A stretch of DNA of 64,000 nucleotides from Eubacteriales bacterium (GTDB taxonomy: Bacteria > Bacillota > Clostridia > Oscillospirales > QAKW01), in the NCBI GenBank assembly GCA_045541555.1, contig JAZQJH010000002.1, positions 13,616 through 77,615 of the forward strand, given 5' to 3'. The notes under the pieces were generated by a model. The model made no database searches and had not been told where the DNA came from. It saw only the letters and a list, made by a program, of their open reading frames with translations. Shown here piece by piece: positions 1 to 9,443 of the stretch. The position numbers were made by a program, and so were the translations under genes. Each line of letters opens with the position of its first letter. The stretch's first letter is position 1.

Positions 1-1374
1 CTTAGGAATCTTTTCCAGCTCGCGGTCGATCAGTTTAAAGCCACTTTCCTGGGTCTCGGGGCTGGCGTAATCCACCAGATATTCGCTGAGGGTCATCAAT
101 GCATTGGGATGGCAACAGTTAAGGATCTGGCCGTTTTTGCAAAGGCTCATAAACCGATCGCCGGTTCGGCCTTCGCGGTAGCAAGCGGTGCAGAAGGAGG
201 GGATAAAGCCCAGATCCATCAGCCAATGGACGACTTCGTCCAAAGTGCGCTGATCGGAAACGTCGAACTGCTCGGAATCGTGGGGGCGCTCCTCTTCGGT
301 GTAGCCGCCCACAGAGGTACGGGAAGCACCGCTGATTTGGGAGATCCCCAATTCCAGGGCGCGGGCACGTACCTGCTCGCTTTCACGGGTGGAAATGATC
401 ATACCGGTATAGGGGACAGCAATGCGGATGCAGGCGATGATCTTGGCAAAGATGTCGTCGGGGATGCCGTTATCGAATACACCCGGATCAATGTCGTCAG
501 CACGCTTGATGCGCGGTACGCTGATGGTATGGGGACCGACGCCGTGGACGGCTTCCAAGTGCTCGGCGTGCATCAAAAGTCCGGCAAATTCATACTGATA
601 GCCCTCCAGACCAAATAGGACACCCAGACCCACGTCGTCAATGCCGCCTTCCATGGCGCGATCCATGGCTTCGGTATGATAAGCGTAATCGTGCTTGGGA
701 CCGGTGGGGTGCAGTTCTAAGTAGCTTTCTTTATTGTAGGTTTCCTGAAAGAGGATATAGGTGCCGATTCCGGCATCCTTCAGTTTGCGGTAGTTTTCCA
801 CCGTGGTGGCGGCAATATTGACGTTGACACGGCGAATGGCACCGTTTTTATGCTGAATACTGTAGATGGTCTTGATGGACTCCAGAATGTATTCAATGGG
901 GTTATGGACCGGATCTTCGCCGGCCTCGATGGCCAGCCGCTTATGACCCATATCCTGCAGGGCGATCACTTCTTGCTTGATCTCTTCCTGGGTCAGCTTT
1001 TTACGAGCAATATGCTTATTTTTCAGATGATAGGGGCAATAAACACAGCCGTTGACGCAGTAATTGGAAAGATAGAGGGGGGCAAACATGACGATACGGT
1101 TTCCGTAAAAGGCCTGCTTGATCTCACGCGCAAGGGCATACATTTCTTCCACCTTTTCCGGAATATCGCACGCCAGAAGAACCGAGGCTTCCCGGTGGGT
1201 CAGACCGGCGCAATGAACGCCGACCTCCGTCTTTTTTGGGCGTGCCTTTTCCAAAAGGCTGTCGATCAAAGCGACGTTATGCTTATTTTCTTCCGCATAA
1301 CGGATGGTGTCTAAGATTTCATCATGGGAGATGAATTCTTCGGCGATTAATGATTTGGGATTGTAATTTTTCAT
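1..1374 (-). CDS. hydG: [FeFe]-hydrogenase H-cluster radical SAM maturase HydG (C-terminal end runs off the window)
   Basis: My own minus-strand translation from the ATG at 1374-1372 gives MKNYNPKSLIAEEFISHDEILDTIRYAEENKHNVALIDSLLEKARPKK...FAPLYLSNYCVNGCVYCPYH, with a radical-SAM CxxxCxxC motif. The frame stays open to position 1, which is why it is missing from the ORF track. It lies directly downstream of hydE. Confidence 0.8.
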   Translation of the reverse strand, partial: MKNYNPKSLIAEEFISHDEILDTIRYAEENKHNVALIDSLLEKARPKKTEVGVHCAGLTHREASVLLACDIPEKVEEMYALAREIKQAFYGNRIVMFAPLYLSNYCVNGCVYCPYHLKNKHIARKKLTQEEIKQEVIALQDMGHKRLAIEAGEDPVHNPIEYILESIKTIYSIQHKNGAIRRVNVNIAATTVENYRKLKDAGIGTYILFQETYNKESYLELHPTGPKHDYAYHTEAMDRAMEGGIDDVGLGVLFGLEGYQYEFAGLLMHAEHLEAVHGVGPHTISVPRIKRADDIDPGVFDNGIPDDIFAKIIACIRIAVPYTGMIISTRESEQVRARALELGISQISGASRTSVGGYTEEERPHDSEQFDVSDQRTLDEVVHWLMDLGFIPSFCTACYREGRTGDRFMSLCKNGQILNCCHPNALMTLSEYLVDYASPETQESGFKLIDRELEKIPK

Positions 1375-1378
1375 GTTG

Positions 1379-2419
1379 TTACCTCTCTTTCACGTCCCCG
1401 CGCGCGGTGACGATTTGATAGCCGATGGCGTTCATACGGCGTTCTAATTCATTTCTGCACTCCGCCGACTCGGTGCCGGTGCAGAGCTTGTTATTATATA
1501 ATTCGTATTTTTTTCGTGTGGAAGCAGGGGATAGATTGGGCATTACCACGTTGGCGCCGGCCAAGATCCCCAATTCCCGTCCCTCCGGATGGATGGTGCC
1601 CAACGCGGTGGTGGCCGGTAAAAGCAGGGTAGGAGAGATCAAACGCAAAAGGGAAAGCAGGTAGAGCGTCAGCTCCATGGAGCCGGCCGGATACTCTGCA
1701 AAGGGGGTGGCATGGTGGGGAATAAAGGGTCCGATCCCACACATGGCGGGCTGAAACTCTTCGATAAACTTGAGATCTTTGGCAAGATGCGCGGCGGTTT
1801 GATAGGGAGAGCCTACCATAAAGCCGCAGCCCACTTGATACCCCAGTTCCTTTAAATCTCTAAGACATCGCATTCGGTTCTCATAAGAAAGCTCGGTGGG
1901 GTGCAGTTTTTCATAATGAGTTTGGTCTGCCGTTTCGTGACGCAGCAGATAGCGGTCGGCACCGGCTTCCTGCAGCAATCGATAGCTTTCCAGGCTGCGC
2001 TCACCCAGGGAAAGGGTGACGGCACATTCCGGATAGCGTTCTTTGATGGATTTTATGAGTGAAACAAGGCGATCGTCGGTGAAATAAGGATCCTCGCCCC
2101 CTTGCAGGACGAAGGTGCGAAAGCCCAAGGAATAGCCTTCCCTGCAGCAATCGAGGATCTCCTCTTCGCTCAGTCTGTATCGGGAGCATTGGGCGTTTCC
2201 GCTTCGAATTCCGCAATAAAGGCAGTTGTTCCGGCAAATATTGCTGATCTCGATCAGTCCCCGTATGTAGACCTCTGTTCCATAGACGGACTGCCGGATG
2301 GCGACTGCTTTTTCAGCGGCGTATCGGGCAAGTTCCGGTGTATAGCTTTCGATGAGCGTTTGGTATTCTTTTAAGGAAAGGCGATGCTCCCGGCTTAATT
2401 TATCAATTAAATTATTCAT
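1379..2419 (-). CDS. hydE: [FeFe]-hydrogenase H-cluster radical SAM maturase HydE (biotin-synthase-like)
   Basis: 346-aa ORF with the radical-SAM motif CRNNCLYCG and a BioB/HydE-like N-terminus (LSLKEYQTLIESYTPELARYAAEKA). It is flanked by hydG and a TM1266-type regulator. Confidence 0.85.
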   Translation of the reverse strand: MNNLIDKLSREHRLSLKEYQTLIESYTPELARYAAEKAVAIRQSVYGTEVYIRGLIEISNICRNNCLYCGIRSGNAQCSRYRLSEEEILDCCREGYSLGFRTFVLQGGEDPYFTDDRLVSLIKSIKERYPECAVTLSLGERSLESYRLLQEAGADRYLLRHETADQTHYEKLHPTELSYENRMRCLRDLKELGYQVGCGFMVGSPYQTAAHLAKDLKFIEEFQPAMCGIGPFIPHHATPFAEYPAGSMELTLYLLSLLRLISPTLLLPATTALGTIHPEGRELGILAGANVVMPNLSPASTRKKYELYNNKLCTGTESAECRNELERRMNAIGYQIVTARGDVKER

Positions 2420-2672
2420 GGGGGAATACCACGTTGGAATAAGCCGTCTTGACGCTGACGCCCTGTAACTTACCGATCTTTCCGGAAAGGGTGCTGATCA
2501 CGTCTTGAGGTGCATCTACGGCGACGCTCAAAATACTGATATTTCCCTTGCGGTAGGGCAGACCCATACGACCAATGACATATTGCCCGTATTGATGCAG
2601 AATGGCATTCAACTCCTCTGCGGAGTTCAGATCTTCCACGATGATCGCAATTAAAGCAATTCTTGTCTCCAT
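2412..2672 (-). CDS. Small ACT/NikR-C-like protein, TM1266-type iron-only hydrogenase system regulator
   Basis: 86-aa ORF (METRIALIAIIVEDLNSAEELNAILHQYGQYVIGRMGLPYR...) that overlaps the hydE start by 8 nt. Its size and position match the TM1266 family usually found upstream of hydE/hydG. Confidence 0.7.
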   Translation of the reverse strand: METRIALIAIIVEDLNSAEELNAILHQYGQYVIGRMGLPYRKGNISILSVAVDAPQDVISTLSGKIGKLQGVSVKTAYSNVVFPHE

Positions 2673-2732
2673 AAATCCTCCTTAGGTGACAAGAGTAATC
2701 TTTTAAAAAGGCGGATTATTCTTGTCACCTTA

Positions 2733-2764
2733 AATAAAAAACTGCGCCCGAAAAAGACGCAGTT
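2733..2764 (-). terminator. Intrinsic terminator inside the 5' leader of the hyd operon
   Basis: On the minus strand: aactgcgtc-tttttcg-ggcgcagtt followed by ttttttattt. It lies between a predicted promoter (2826-2854) and the regulator gene. Confidence 0.55.
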
Positions 2765-2825
2765 AACCCGATCAATATTAACGCATCTTTCATCTCAATT
2801 TCTATTTCGATGTCAGATTTTCTAT

Positions 2826-2854
2826 ATTATAGCAAAGTTTATAGAAAATTGCAA
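2826..2854 (-). promoter_or_regulatory. Sigma-A type promoter for the hyd leader and operon
   Basis: The minus strand reads TTGCAA, a 17-nt spacer, then TATAAT. Confidence 0.5.
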
Positions 2855-2890
2855 TAAAAAAAGACGATTGCTTTTGCAATCGTCTTTTTT
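2855..2890 (-). terminator. Intrinsic terminator after tRNA-Gln (hairpin is bidirectional in form)
   Basis: gacgattgc-tttt-gcaatcgtc with an A-run on one side and a T-run on the other. Confidence 0.7.
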
Positions 2891-2967
2891 TGGCTGGGAT
2901 AGCAGGACTCGAACCTGCGGAATGATGGAGTCAGAATCCATTGCCTTACCAGCTTGGCTATATCCCA
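2891..2967 (-). tRNA. tRNA-Gln (anticodon CUG), CCA encoded
   Basis: The reverse complement TGGGATATAGCCAAGCTGGTAAGGCAATGGATTCTGACTCCATCATTCCGCAGGTTCGAGTCCTGCTATCCCAGCCA folds as a cloverleaf. The anticodon loop is TTCTGAC. Confidence 0.9.
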
Positions 2968-3122
2968 ACGACGCTCAATATTATAACAAAGAATTTTCGA
3001 TTTGTAAAGTAAAATTTTAAACAAATATAAAATTATTTTTATTTCGATTGACAGAAGGCAGAGAAAACAGTATAATTTGAGGGTACAGGTTTTAAAAAAA
3101 ATATGGGGAAATTGCGGAGATT

Positions 3123-4259
3123 TTGCGTTTTCCCTCGTTGTTTATGGTGATACGATTGAAAAATAACAAACGATATGCAGCCAAGCATGTGAAAAAATTA
3201 AAAAGACCCGGTTTGTTCGGTAATTTCAGCAATTGGTTTGTTCCGTTTTGTCGTCGTCCGTTTGGTAAATATGTCGTAACGACTGTTACGGCTGTGGTGA
3301 TGGAAGCGGCGCTGGTTTTGTTCTTTCTTTATGGACCGATCAGCTTCTTTCGGGAATTGCTGATCACTTCAGCGATGACCACCCTTTCTCATCATTATTA
3401 TGCCACGACCTTTTATTCTGATGAAACGATTCAGGAAGTGATGGATAAGAATAGGGTCATTGGTTCGACGCTGACGACCGACGTAGAGTCGATTGAAAAG
3501 CAGGAAAAGGAGAACGAAATCGTTGTCCGTAAGATCTCCGGTCCTGGATACAACGGACTGATCATGGAGGTCAGCGATCCCTCCTGGGTGCGCCTTGGAA
3601 TTCCGGCTAACTTTGGAACCAAGGGTCAAAAAATTCCCCTTTTGGTGCGAGACTACGGTGCCATCGCCGGTATTAATGCCGGTGGCTTTGGTGATGCGAA
3701 CGGTTGGGGTAACGGTGGTCGCGCCATCGGTCTTGTCGTGGTAGACGGCGAGGTGGTTCAGGATCCGGAGCCCTATGCGCCTAAGATCAACGTCGTGGGC
3801 TTCAATGAGGACGACGTTTTAGTCCTGGGAAGCTATGATCGGGATGAATGGCAGGATCTGAATTTGCGCGATGCCTGCGAGTTTGAACCCTTTTTGATTA
3901 TCAATGGCGAACCTACGGAAATCCGCGGTAACGGCGGTTGGGGTGTTGCGCCCCGTACGGCGATTGCCCAGCGGAAAGACGGCACGGTTTTGCTGGTGGT
4001 CATCGACGGTCGTTCGATTACTTCGGCCGGTGCGACCATGAAGCAGCTGCAAGAGGTTCTCATTAAGGAAGATGCCTATAATGCTGCCAATCTGGATGGT
4101 GGCTCATCTACGGTTCTTTACTATACCGAAGAGGGCGGCGTCATGAATAATCCCAGTGGCTCCGATAAGGACGGTATGCGTTTTCTGCCTAATGCCTGGC
4201 TGGTGATTGACCCCAAAACCTATACACCGCCGACCGATCGCCCTCCTTATGGAGAATAA
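3123..4259 (+). CDS. Phosphodiester glycosidase (NAGPA/DUF2233-like) family protein with an N-terminal membrane anchor
   Basis: Motifs GINAGGF...APRTAIAQRKDGTVLLVVIDGR...ANLDGGSSTVLYY. The track start is a TTG at 3123; an ATG at 3144 is an alternative start. Confidence 0.7.
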   Translation: MRFPSLFMVIRLKNNKRYAAKHVKKLKRPGLFGNFSNWFVPFCRRPFGKYVVTTVTAVVMEAALVLFFLYGPISFFRELLITSAMTTLSHHYYATTFYSDETIQEVMDKNRVIGSTLTTDVESIEKQEKENEIVVRKISGPGYNGLIMEVSDPSWVRLGIPANFGTKGQKIPLLVRDYGAIAGINAGGFGDANGWGNGGRAIGLVVVDGEVVQDPEPYAPKINVVGFNEDDVLVLGSYDRDEWQDLNLRDACEFEPFLIINGEPTEIRGNGGWGVAPRTAIAQRKDGTVLLVVIDGRSITSAGATMKQLQEVLIKEDAYNAANLDGGSSTVLYYTEEGGVMNNPSGSDKDGMRFLPNAWLVIDPKTYTPPTDRPPYGE

Positions 4260-4261
4260 AG

Positions 4262-4297
4262 AAAATCCGCAATGCATCAGCATTGCGGATTTTTTTG
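4262..4297. terminator. Hairpin terminator between convergent genes
   Basis: atccgcaatgc-atca-gcattgcggat followed by ttttttt. Confidence 0.7.
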
Positions 4298-5536
4298 TTA
4301 TTTTATTCTGACGGGTCCAAAGGGGCGGATCTGCAAGGTGAAGGAGCATCCCTTTCCAAAAACAGATTCCATCTCTTGGATATAGTCTTCTGCCATTGCA
4401 GACGGAAGATAGGTTTGAATGGTTCCGCCGAACCCGCCGCCGTGGATGCGCCATGCGCCCTTTTCTCCAAGCAGTTTTTCAGTAAGATGGAGCGCTAACG
4501 CTGCGGCTTGCGAAGTGGGGGTACGGTTGGTGTAGATATTTTGCAGATACATAAAAGAGGAGCGCCCGGATTCTTTGATGATTTCTTTGAATTGGGCAAA
4601 ATCCTTTTGCTTTAATACGGCGGTGAGACGCTCGACGCGGTTGTTTTCCGCAAGGTAATGCCCGGCTCGAAGTAACGCGCGATCAGAAACCGCCTGGCGC
4701 AGACGGGGAAGAGCGGCGTAAAAATCTTCGGGTGTTACGCCGCGAAGATGCTCTTTTTGGAAGAATTGCGCCACGCTTTGCATTTCCGCCTTGATTGCAC
4801 TATAATCGGCGGATAGATCTGCATGGTCGCTTCGAACGTCGGTAATGACCATGACGTGGTCGGTCGTGGAAAAATCAAATTGCAGGTCGGTGACCTTGGG
4901 GTCTTCCTGCAGTTCAAAATCAATGGCAATCATACCGCCGTAGGCGCAGGAGAGCTGATCTAAAATTCCGCTTGCTTTGCCGAAGTAAAAATTTTCTGCA
5001 AATTGAGAGATCTTCGCCATTTCTTTGGGCGAAATAGTGGCTTGGTTATATAAATGATCCAAGATTGAAACGGTCAGCACTTCAAAGGCAGCCGAGGAGG
5101 AAAGCCCGGAGCCTTTCAGAACCTGGCTGGTGGTATAAGCATCAAAGCCACCGATCTGATAGCCCTGCTGCTTCATTTTATGGCAGATGCCGCGCACCAA
5201 GCCGTCGGAGGTTCCTTTTTCTTGCTCAATGAGGGTGGTATCTGCAGTATGGATTTCAATCGGAGGATAACCGTCCGATAAGATACGGATAATTTTGTCA
5301 TCCCGGGGGGCGACAAACGCAAGAATGTCCAGCGTAATGGCGGCACCGACCGCTTTACCCATATTGTGGTCGGTATGGTTGCCGCAGATCTCACTTCGAC
5401 CCGGGGAAGAGAGGATCATTTCGTGCGGTTTATTAAAAAGTGCGTAAAAACGATCATCCGCTTGATGATAGCGTTGCTCTTGCAACGGCCATTGCTCTTG
5501 TGGATATATTTTTTTTGCAATTTCAGGAAGCTTCAT
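4298..5536 (-). CDS. galK: Galactokinase (GHMP kinase family)
   Basis: Galactokinase signature GNHTDHNMG and GHMP motif GSGLSSSAAFEV. I prefer the start at MKLPEIAKK (ATG at 5536, preceded by GGGAGA) over the track start at 5578. Confidence 0.85.
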   Translation of the reverse strand: MKLPEIAKKIYPQEQWPLQEQRYHQADDRFYALFNKPHEMILSSPGRSEICGNHTDHNMGKAVGAAITLDILAFVAPRDDKIIRILSDGYPPIEIHTADTTLIEQEKGTSDGLVRGICHKMKQQGYQIGGFDAYTTSQVLKGSGLSSSAAFEVLTVSILDHLYNQATISPKEMAKISQFAENFYFGKASGILDQLSCAYGGMIAIDFELQEDPKVTDLQFDFSTTDHVMVITDVRSDHADLSADYSAIKAEMQSVAQFFQKEHLRGVTPEDFYAALPRLRQAVSDRALLRAGHYLAENNRVERLTAVLKQKDFAQFKEIIKESGRSSFMYLQNIYTNRTPTSQAAALALHLTEKLLGEKGAWRIHGGGFGGTIQTYLPSAMAEDYIQEMESVFGKGCSFTLQIRPFGPVRIK

Positions 5537-5954
5537 GGAATAAATTCTCCCATTTTTCAAAGTCTGCAATGCGGTCACATTTTTCGTAGCAATTCTTGAT
5601 TTCGCTCAGTAATTCGCCGTTACGCTTTAGCTTCCCTTCGCATTCTTGCAACGCTTCATAAAGGATTTCATAAGAAGCGGTTGCTTCTGCATACTGCTCC
5701 AAACCTCTGTGCGCCTCGGCGCGTTGCACACAGAGGTCACACATGACTTCCGGCGTCATGGCGTATTCCTGCTCCGTGGCATCCAAAAGATCCAGCGCGT
5801 TCTTATATTGTTTAAGCTGGATAAAATAGACGGCGTTCCAGATTCCTTGCTCTGCACTGGAGGGCTTTTTATAGCGCTTTAAGAAATAATTCAAGATAGT
5901 AAAAAGCAAAACTGCGATGATTAAGGCGATAAGACCCCAGGTAATGTAGTCCAT
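5523..5954 (-). CDS. Hypothetical membrane-anchored protein with a helical-repeat (TPR-like) tail
   Basis: 143-aa ORF with an N-terminal TM helix (WGLIALIIAVLLFTILNYF). I do not recognise a family. Confidence 0.5.
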   Translation of the reverse strand: MDYITWGLIALIIAVLLFTILNYFLKRYKKPSSAEQGIWNAVYFIQLKQYKNALDLLDATEQEYAMTPEVMCDLCVQRAEAHRGLEQYAEATASYEILYEALQECEGKLKRNGELLSEIKNCYEKCDRIADFEKWENLFHEAS

Positions 5955-6060
5955 TTATAATTCCTCCGTTTATTTGTTTTCATTATAATAAAAGGGGGGA
6001 ATATTTGCAATACTTAAAACGGGATATACTAAAACTTGTTTTATGATTTATATAAAACGC

Positions 6061-6088
6061 TTGACAAATTATGGAATCGTGCTACAAT
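6061..6088 (+). promoter_or_regulatory. Sigma-A type promoter upstream of the RHH gene and clpB
   Basis: TTGACA, a 16-nt spacer, then TGcTACAAT (extended -10). Confidence 0.5.
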
Positions 6089-6107
6089 AATGTCAAGAGG
6101 TGATCGC

Positions 6108-6752
6108 ATGAAAAAAAGTGTATATTCTTTAGTTTTGATGGACGACGTGGTGGCGCAGGTGGATCGGCTTGCCTATACGATGCATACCAATCGTTCCAAT
6201 ATGATCAATCAGATTTTGGCGGAATATTGCTCCATGCTGACTCCGGAAAAGCGAATGCAAACGACGCTTCATCAATTGGAGCAGCTGCTGGGGCAGATCG
6301 GCTTTCAACCCCTTTCTCAGCCGACGGGGACGATGCTGATGGTGCGCAGTGCGTTGAATTATAAATATAATCCTTCTGTCCGTTATCGCGTCGAACTGTT
6401 TCGTACGATCGAGCCGGAGTTCGGTCAATTGCAGGTACAATTAAGAACCCAGAATCAAGAGTTGATATATTATGTAAACGAATTTATGGTTTTGTGGGCG
6501 AAATTAGAGCGGAAGTATCTAAATCATCCTCGCGCAAGGGTCGAAAACGGAAGATTTTTGAGAAATCTTCGTTATAATCCAAATTTTGAAAAAAGCCAAG
6601 AAGCGATCGGTGAGGCGATAAGCATTTATGTAAATCACTTTGATCGGGCGCTGAAATATTATTTTGAGTATTTGGATCGCCCGACCATGGCAGAGCGGTT
6701 GACGGAAGAGGTAATGGAGGATTATCTTTCCGGAAATACCTTGATTGTGTAG
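6108..6752 (+). CDS. Hypothetical protein with an N-terminal ribbon-helix-helix (CopG-like) segment
   Basis: MKKSVYSLVLMDDVVAQVDRLAYTMHTNRSNMINQILAEY resembles an RHH fold. The ATG at 6108 follows AGAGGTG. The stop lies 15 nt before clpB. Confidence 0.5.
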   Translation: MKKSVYSLVLMDDVVAQVDRLAYTMHTNRSNMINQILAEYCSMLTPEKRMQTTLHQLEQLLGQIGFQPLSQPTGTMLMVRSALNYKYNPSVRYRVELFRTIEPEFGQLQVQLRTQNQELIYYVNEFMVLWAKLERKYLNHPRARVENGRFLRNLRYNPNFEKSQEAIGEAISIYVNHFDRALKYYFEYLDRPTMAERLTEEVMEDYLSGNTLIV

Positions 6753-6767
6753 AAAGGAGCAAACGCG

Positions 6768-9347
6768 ATGAATGTAAATCAATTAACAGAGAAAAGTATA
6801 GAGGCATTACAGGCGGCGGAGCAGACTGCTTCGACGTATAAAAATGCGTCGGTGGAGCCGATTCATTTGTTGGATGCATTAATCAGCCCGATAGATGGGT
6901 TTGTGGCCGGTGTTTTAGAAAAAATGGGGGTACGAGGTCTGGAGCAGGATTGTAAGGCTGCCCTTCAAGCGTTACCGACTCTCACTACCGCCGGTCAGCT
7001 TTATGTAAGTGCAGGTCTGAATGCCGCTTTTGATGCTGCGGAAAAGCAAGCGCAAAAAATGGGAGATCGCTTTATCTCCGTTGAGCATCTGATGTATGGT
7101 CTTTTAGATCAGGCGGATGCCACCTTGAAAAAACTCTTCTCTCAACATAATATCAATAAAAAACAATTTCTTGAAACGGTCCAGTCCTTGCGCGGAAACC
7201 GCACCGTTCAAAACCAAAATCCGGAGGACACCTATGATGTTCTCAGCAAGTACGGGCGTGACCTGGTGGAGGCCGCCCGTCAGCAGAAGCTGGATCCTGT
7301 CATCGGCAGGGACGAGGAGATTCGCAATGTGATCCGGATCTTATCCCGTAAAACCAAGAATAATCCGGTGCTGATCGGAGAACCGGGCGTCGGCAAAACC
7401 GCCATCGCAGAGGGCTTGGCCTTGCGGATCGTGCGCGGCGACGTGCCGGAAAATCTCAAAAATCGTAAAGTCTTTTCCCTTGACATGGGCGCCTTGATCT
7501 CCGGCGCCAAATATCGGGGTGAATTTGAGGAACGCTTGAAGGCGGTGCTGGATGAGGTGCAAAAAAGCGAGGGAGAGATCCTGCTGTTCATTGATGAACT
7601 GCATACCATCGTCGGTGCAGGGAAAACGGAAGGCTCCATGGATGCCGGAAATCTTTTAAAGCCTATGCTGGCAAGAGGTGAATTGCATTGCATCGGTGCC
7701 ACGACGCTGAATGAGTACCGTATGTATATTGAAAAAGATGCGGCCTTGGAACGGCGCTTTCAGCCGGTCTTGGTGGCAGAGCCCTCGGTGGAGGATACGA
7801 TCTCCATTTTGCGCGGCTTGGAGGAACGCTATGAGGTTTATCATGGCGTCAAGATTCAGGATCAGGCCTTGATCGCGGCGGCAACCCTTTCGGATCGCTA
7901 TATCAGCGACCGTTTTCTGCCGGATAAAGCCATTGACCTGGTGGATGAGGCCTGTGCCTTGATTAAGACGGAGATGGAGTCCATGCCCACCGAACTGGAT
8001 GAGAAGCGGCGCAAGATCATGCAGCTGGAGATCGAAGAGCAGGCATTGAAAAAAGATGAGGATCCTCTTTCGGATGCGCATCTTGCGGAGCTGCAGAAGG
8101 AAATGGCGATACTGCGCGATGAGTTTAATTCCATGAAAGCAAAATGGGAGAATGAAAAGCATGCCATTTCGGTGGTACAGAAGCTGCGCGAGGAGATCGA
8201 GCAGACCAACCATGCCATCCAGCAGGCGGAGAATAATTATGATCTTAATAAAGCGGCGGAATTGAAGTATGGAAAACTGCCGTCTTTGAAAAAGGAATTG
8301 GAAGAGGCCGAGCAGGCGGAGCGGCTGGCAGAGCATAAGGAAAATTCCCTTTTGCGTGATAAGGTGACGGAGGAAGAAATTGCGAAGATTGTGGCGCGCT
8401 GGACCGGTATCCCGGTGGCAAAGCTGATGGAGAGCGAACGGGAAAAGCTCCTGCATTTAGACGACATTCTGCATCAGCGCGTCATCGGGCAGGACGAAGC
8501 GGTACAAAGGGTCTGCGATGCGATTCTGCGCTCTCGTGCCGGTATTCAGGATCCGGATCGTCCCATTGGCTCTTTTCTCTTCTTGGGTCCCACCGGCGTT
8601 GGAAAGACCGAACTGGCAAAGGCCTTGGCACAGGCGCTTTTCGACGATGAACGGAGCATGATCCGCATTGACATGAGCGAATATATGGAAAAATATTCCG
8701 TATCCCGGCTGATCGGCGCACCGCCGGGATACGTGGGATATGATGAGGGCGGCCAGTTGACGGAGGCGGTTCGCCGCCGTCCTTATGCCGTGGTACTCTT
8801 TGATGAGGTGGAAAAGGCGCATCCGGATGTATTTAACGTACTGTTGCAGGTGCTGGACGACGGACGAATCACCGATAGCCAGGGCAGAACGGTGGACTTT
8901 AAGAATACCATCATCATTCTGACCTCTAATCTGGGTTCTGATATTATTTTGGACGGAATTGAAGATGGGGAGATCACACCGTCTGCCCGGATGCAGGTTG
9001 AGCAGCTGCTGCGCCGTTCTTTCCGCCCGGAATTTCTCAATCGTTTGGATGAGACGGTCTTTTATAAACCGTTGACCAAAGAGAACATCGGCGGAATCGT
9101 GGATCTTCTGCTGGATGAACTGCAAAAGCGCTTAGCCGATAAGAAACTGAAAATTCAACTCACGCCTGCCGCAAAGGATTACCTGATCGAGGCAGGGTAT
9201 GATCCCAATTTCGGTGCAAGACCGCTTCGCCGGCTGATGCAGCAAAAACTGGAGACGTTGCTGGCGCGGCGGATTCTGCAGGGGGATATTTTGCCGGGCA
9301 CAGAACTTACTGTGGATGCCGAAATGGGAAAGTTAGCGTTAAAATAA
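6768..9347 (+). CDS. clpB: ATP-dependent chaperone/disaggregase ClpB
   Basis: 859 aa with two AAA+ modules ([22 protein letters not shown]), a long middle coiled coil and a Clp N-domain. Confidence 0.95.
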   Translation: MNVNQLTEKSIEALQAAEQTASTYKNASVEPIHLLDALISPIDGFVAGVLEKMGVRGLEQDCKAALQALPTLTTAGQLYVSAGLNAAFDAAEKQAQKMGDRFISVEHLMYGLLDQADATLKKLFSQHNINKKQFLETVQSLRGNRTVQNQNPEDTYDVLSKYGRDLVEAARQQKLDPVIGRDEEIRNVIRILSRKTKNNPVLIGEPGVGKTAIAEGLALRIVRGDVPENLKNRKVFSLDMGALISGAKYRGEFEERLKAVLDEVQKSEGEILLFIDELHTIVGAGKTEGSMDAGNLLKPMLARGELHCIGATTLNEYRMYIEKDAALERRFQPVLVAEPSVEDTISILRGLEERYEVYHGVKIQDQALIAAATLSDRYISDRFLPDKAIDLVDEACALIKTEMESMPTELDEKRRKIMQLEIEEQALKKDEDPLSDAHLAELQKEMAILRDEFNSMKAKWENEKHAISVVQKLREEIEQTNHAIQQAENNYDLNKAAELKYGKLPSLKKELEEAEQAERLAEHKENSLLRDKVTEEEIAKIVARWTGIPVAKLMESEREKLLHLDDILHQRVIGQDEAVQRVCDAILRSRAGIQDPDRPIGSFLFLGPTGVGKTELAKALAQALFDDERSMIRIDMSEYMEKYSVSRLIGAPPGYVGYDEGGQLTEAVRRRPYAVVLFDEVEKAHPDVFNVLLQVLDDGRITDSQGRTVDFKNTIIILTSNLGSDIILDGIEDGEITPSARMQVEQLLRRSFRPEFLNRLDETVFYKPLTKENIGGIVDLLLDELQKRLADKKLKIQLTPAAKDYLIEAGYDPNFGARPLRRLMQQKLETLLARRILQGDILPGTELTVDAEMGKLALK

Positions 9348-9357
9348 AGAATCTTGA

Positions 9358-9387
9358 TAAAACGGCTTGCCAAGCAAGCCGTTTTTA
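9358..9387 (+). terminator. Intrinsic terminator after clpB
   Basis: aacggcttgc-caa-gcaagccgtt followed by a T-run. Confidence 0.7.
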
Positions 9388-9443
9388 ATTGCATAATTAT
9401 TACCAATCAGCGCACCCTTTAAATAGATGAAAGGGGCGATTTA

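Noticed and set aside
109-1314. Plus-strand ORFs 109-618 and 850-1314.
   Set aside because: They are antisense shadows of hydG. The minus-strand frame is open across the whole region and has a clear radical-SAM HydG sequence. The plus-strand products are low-complexity.
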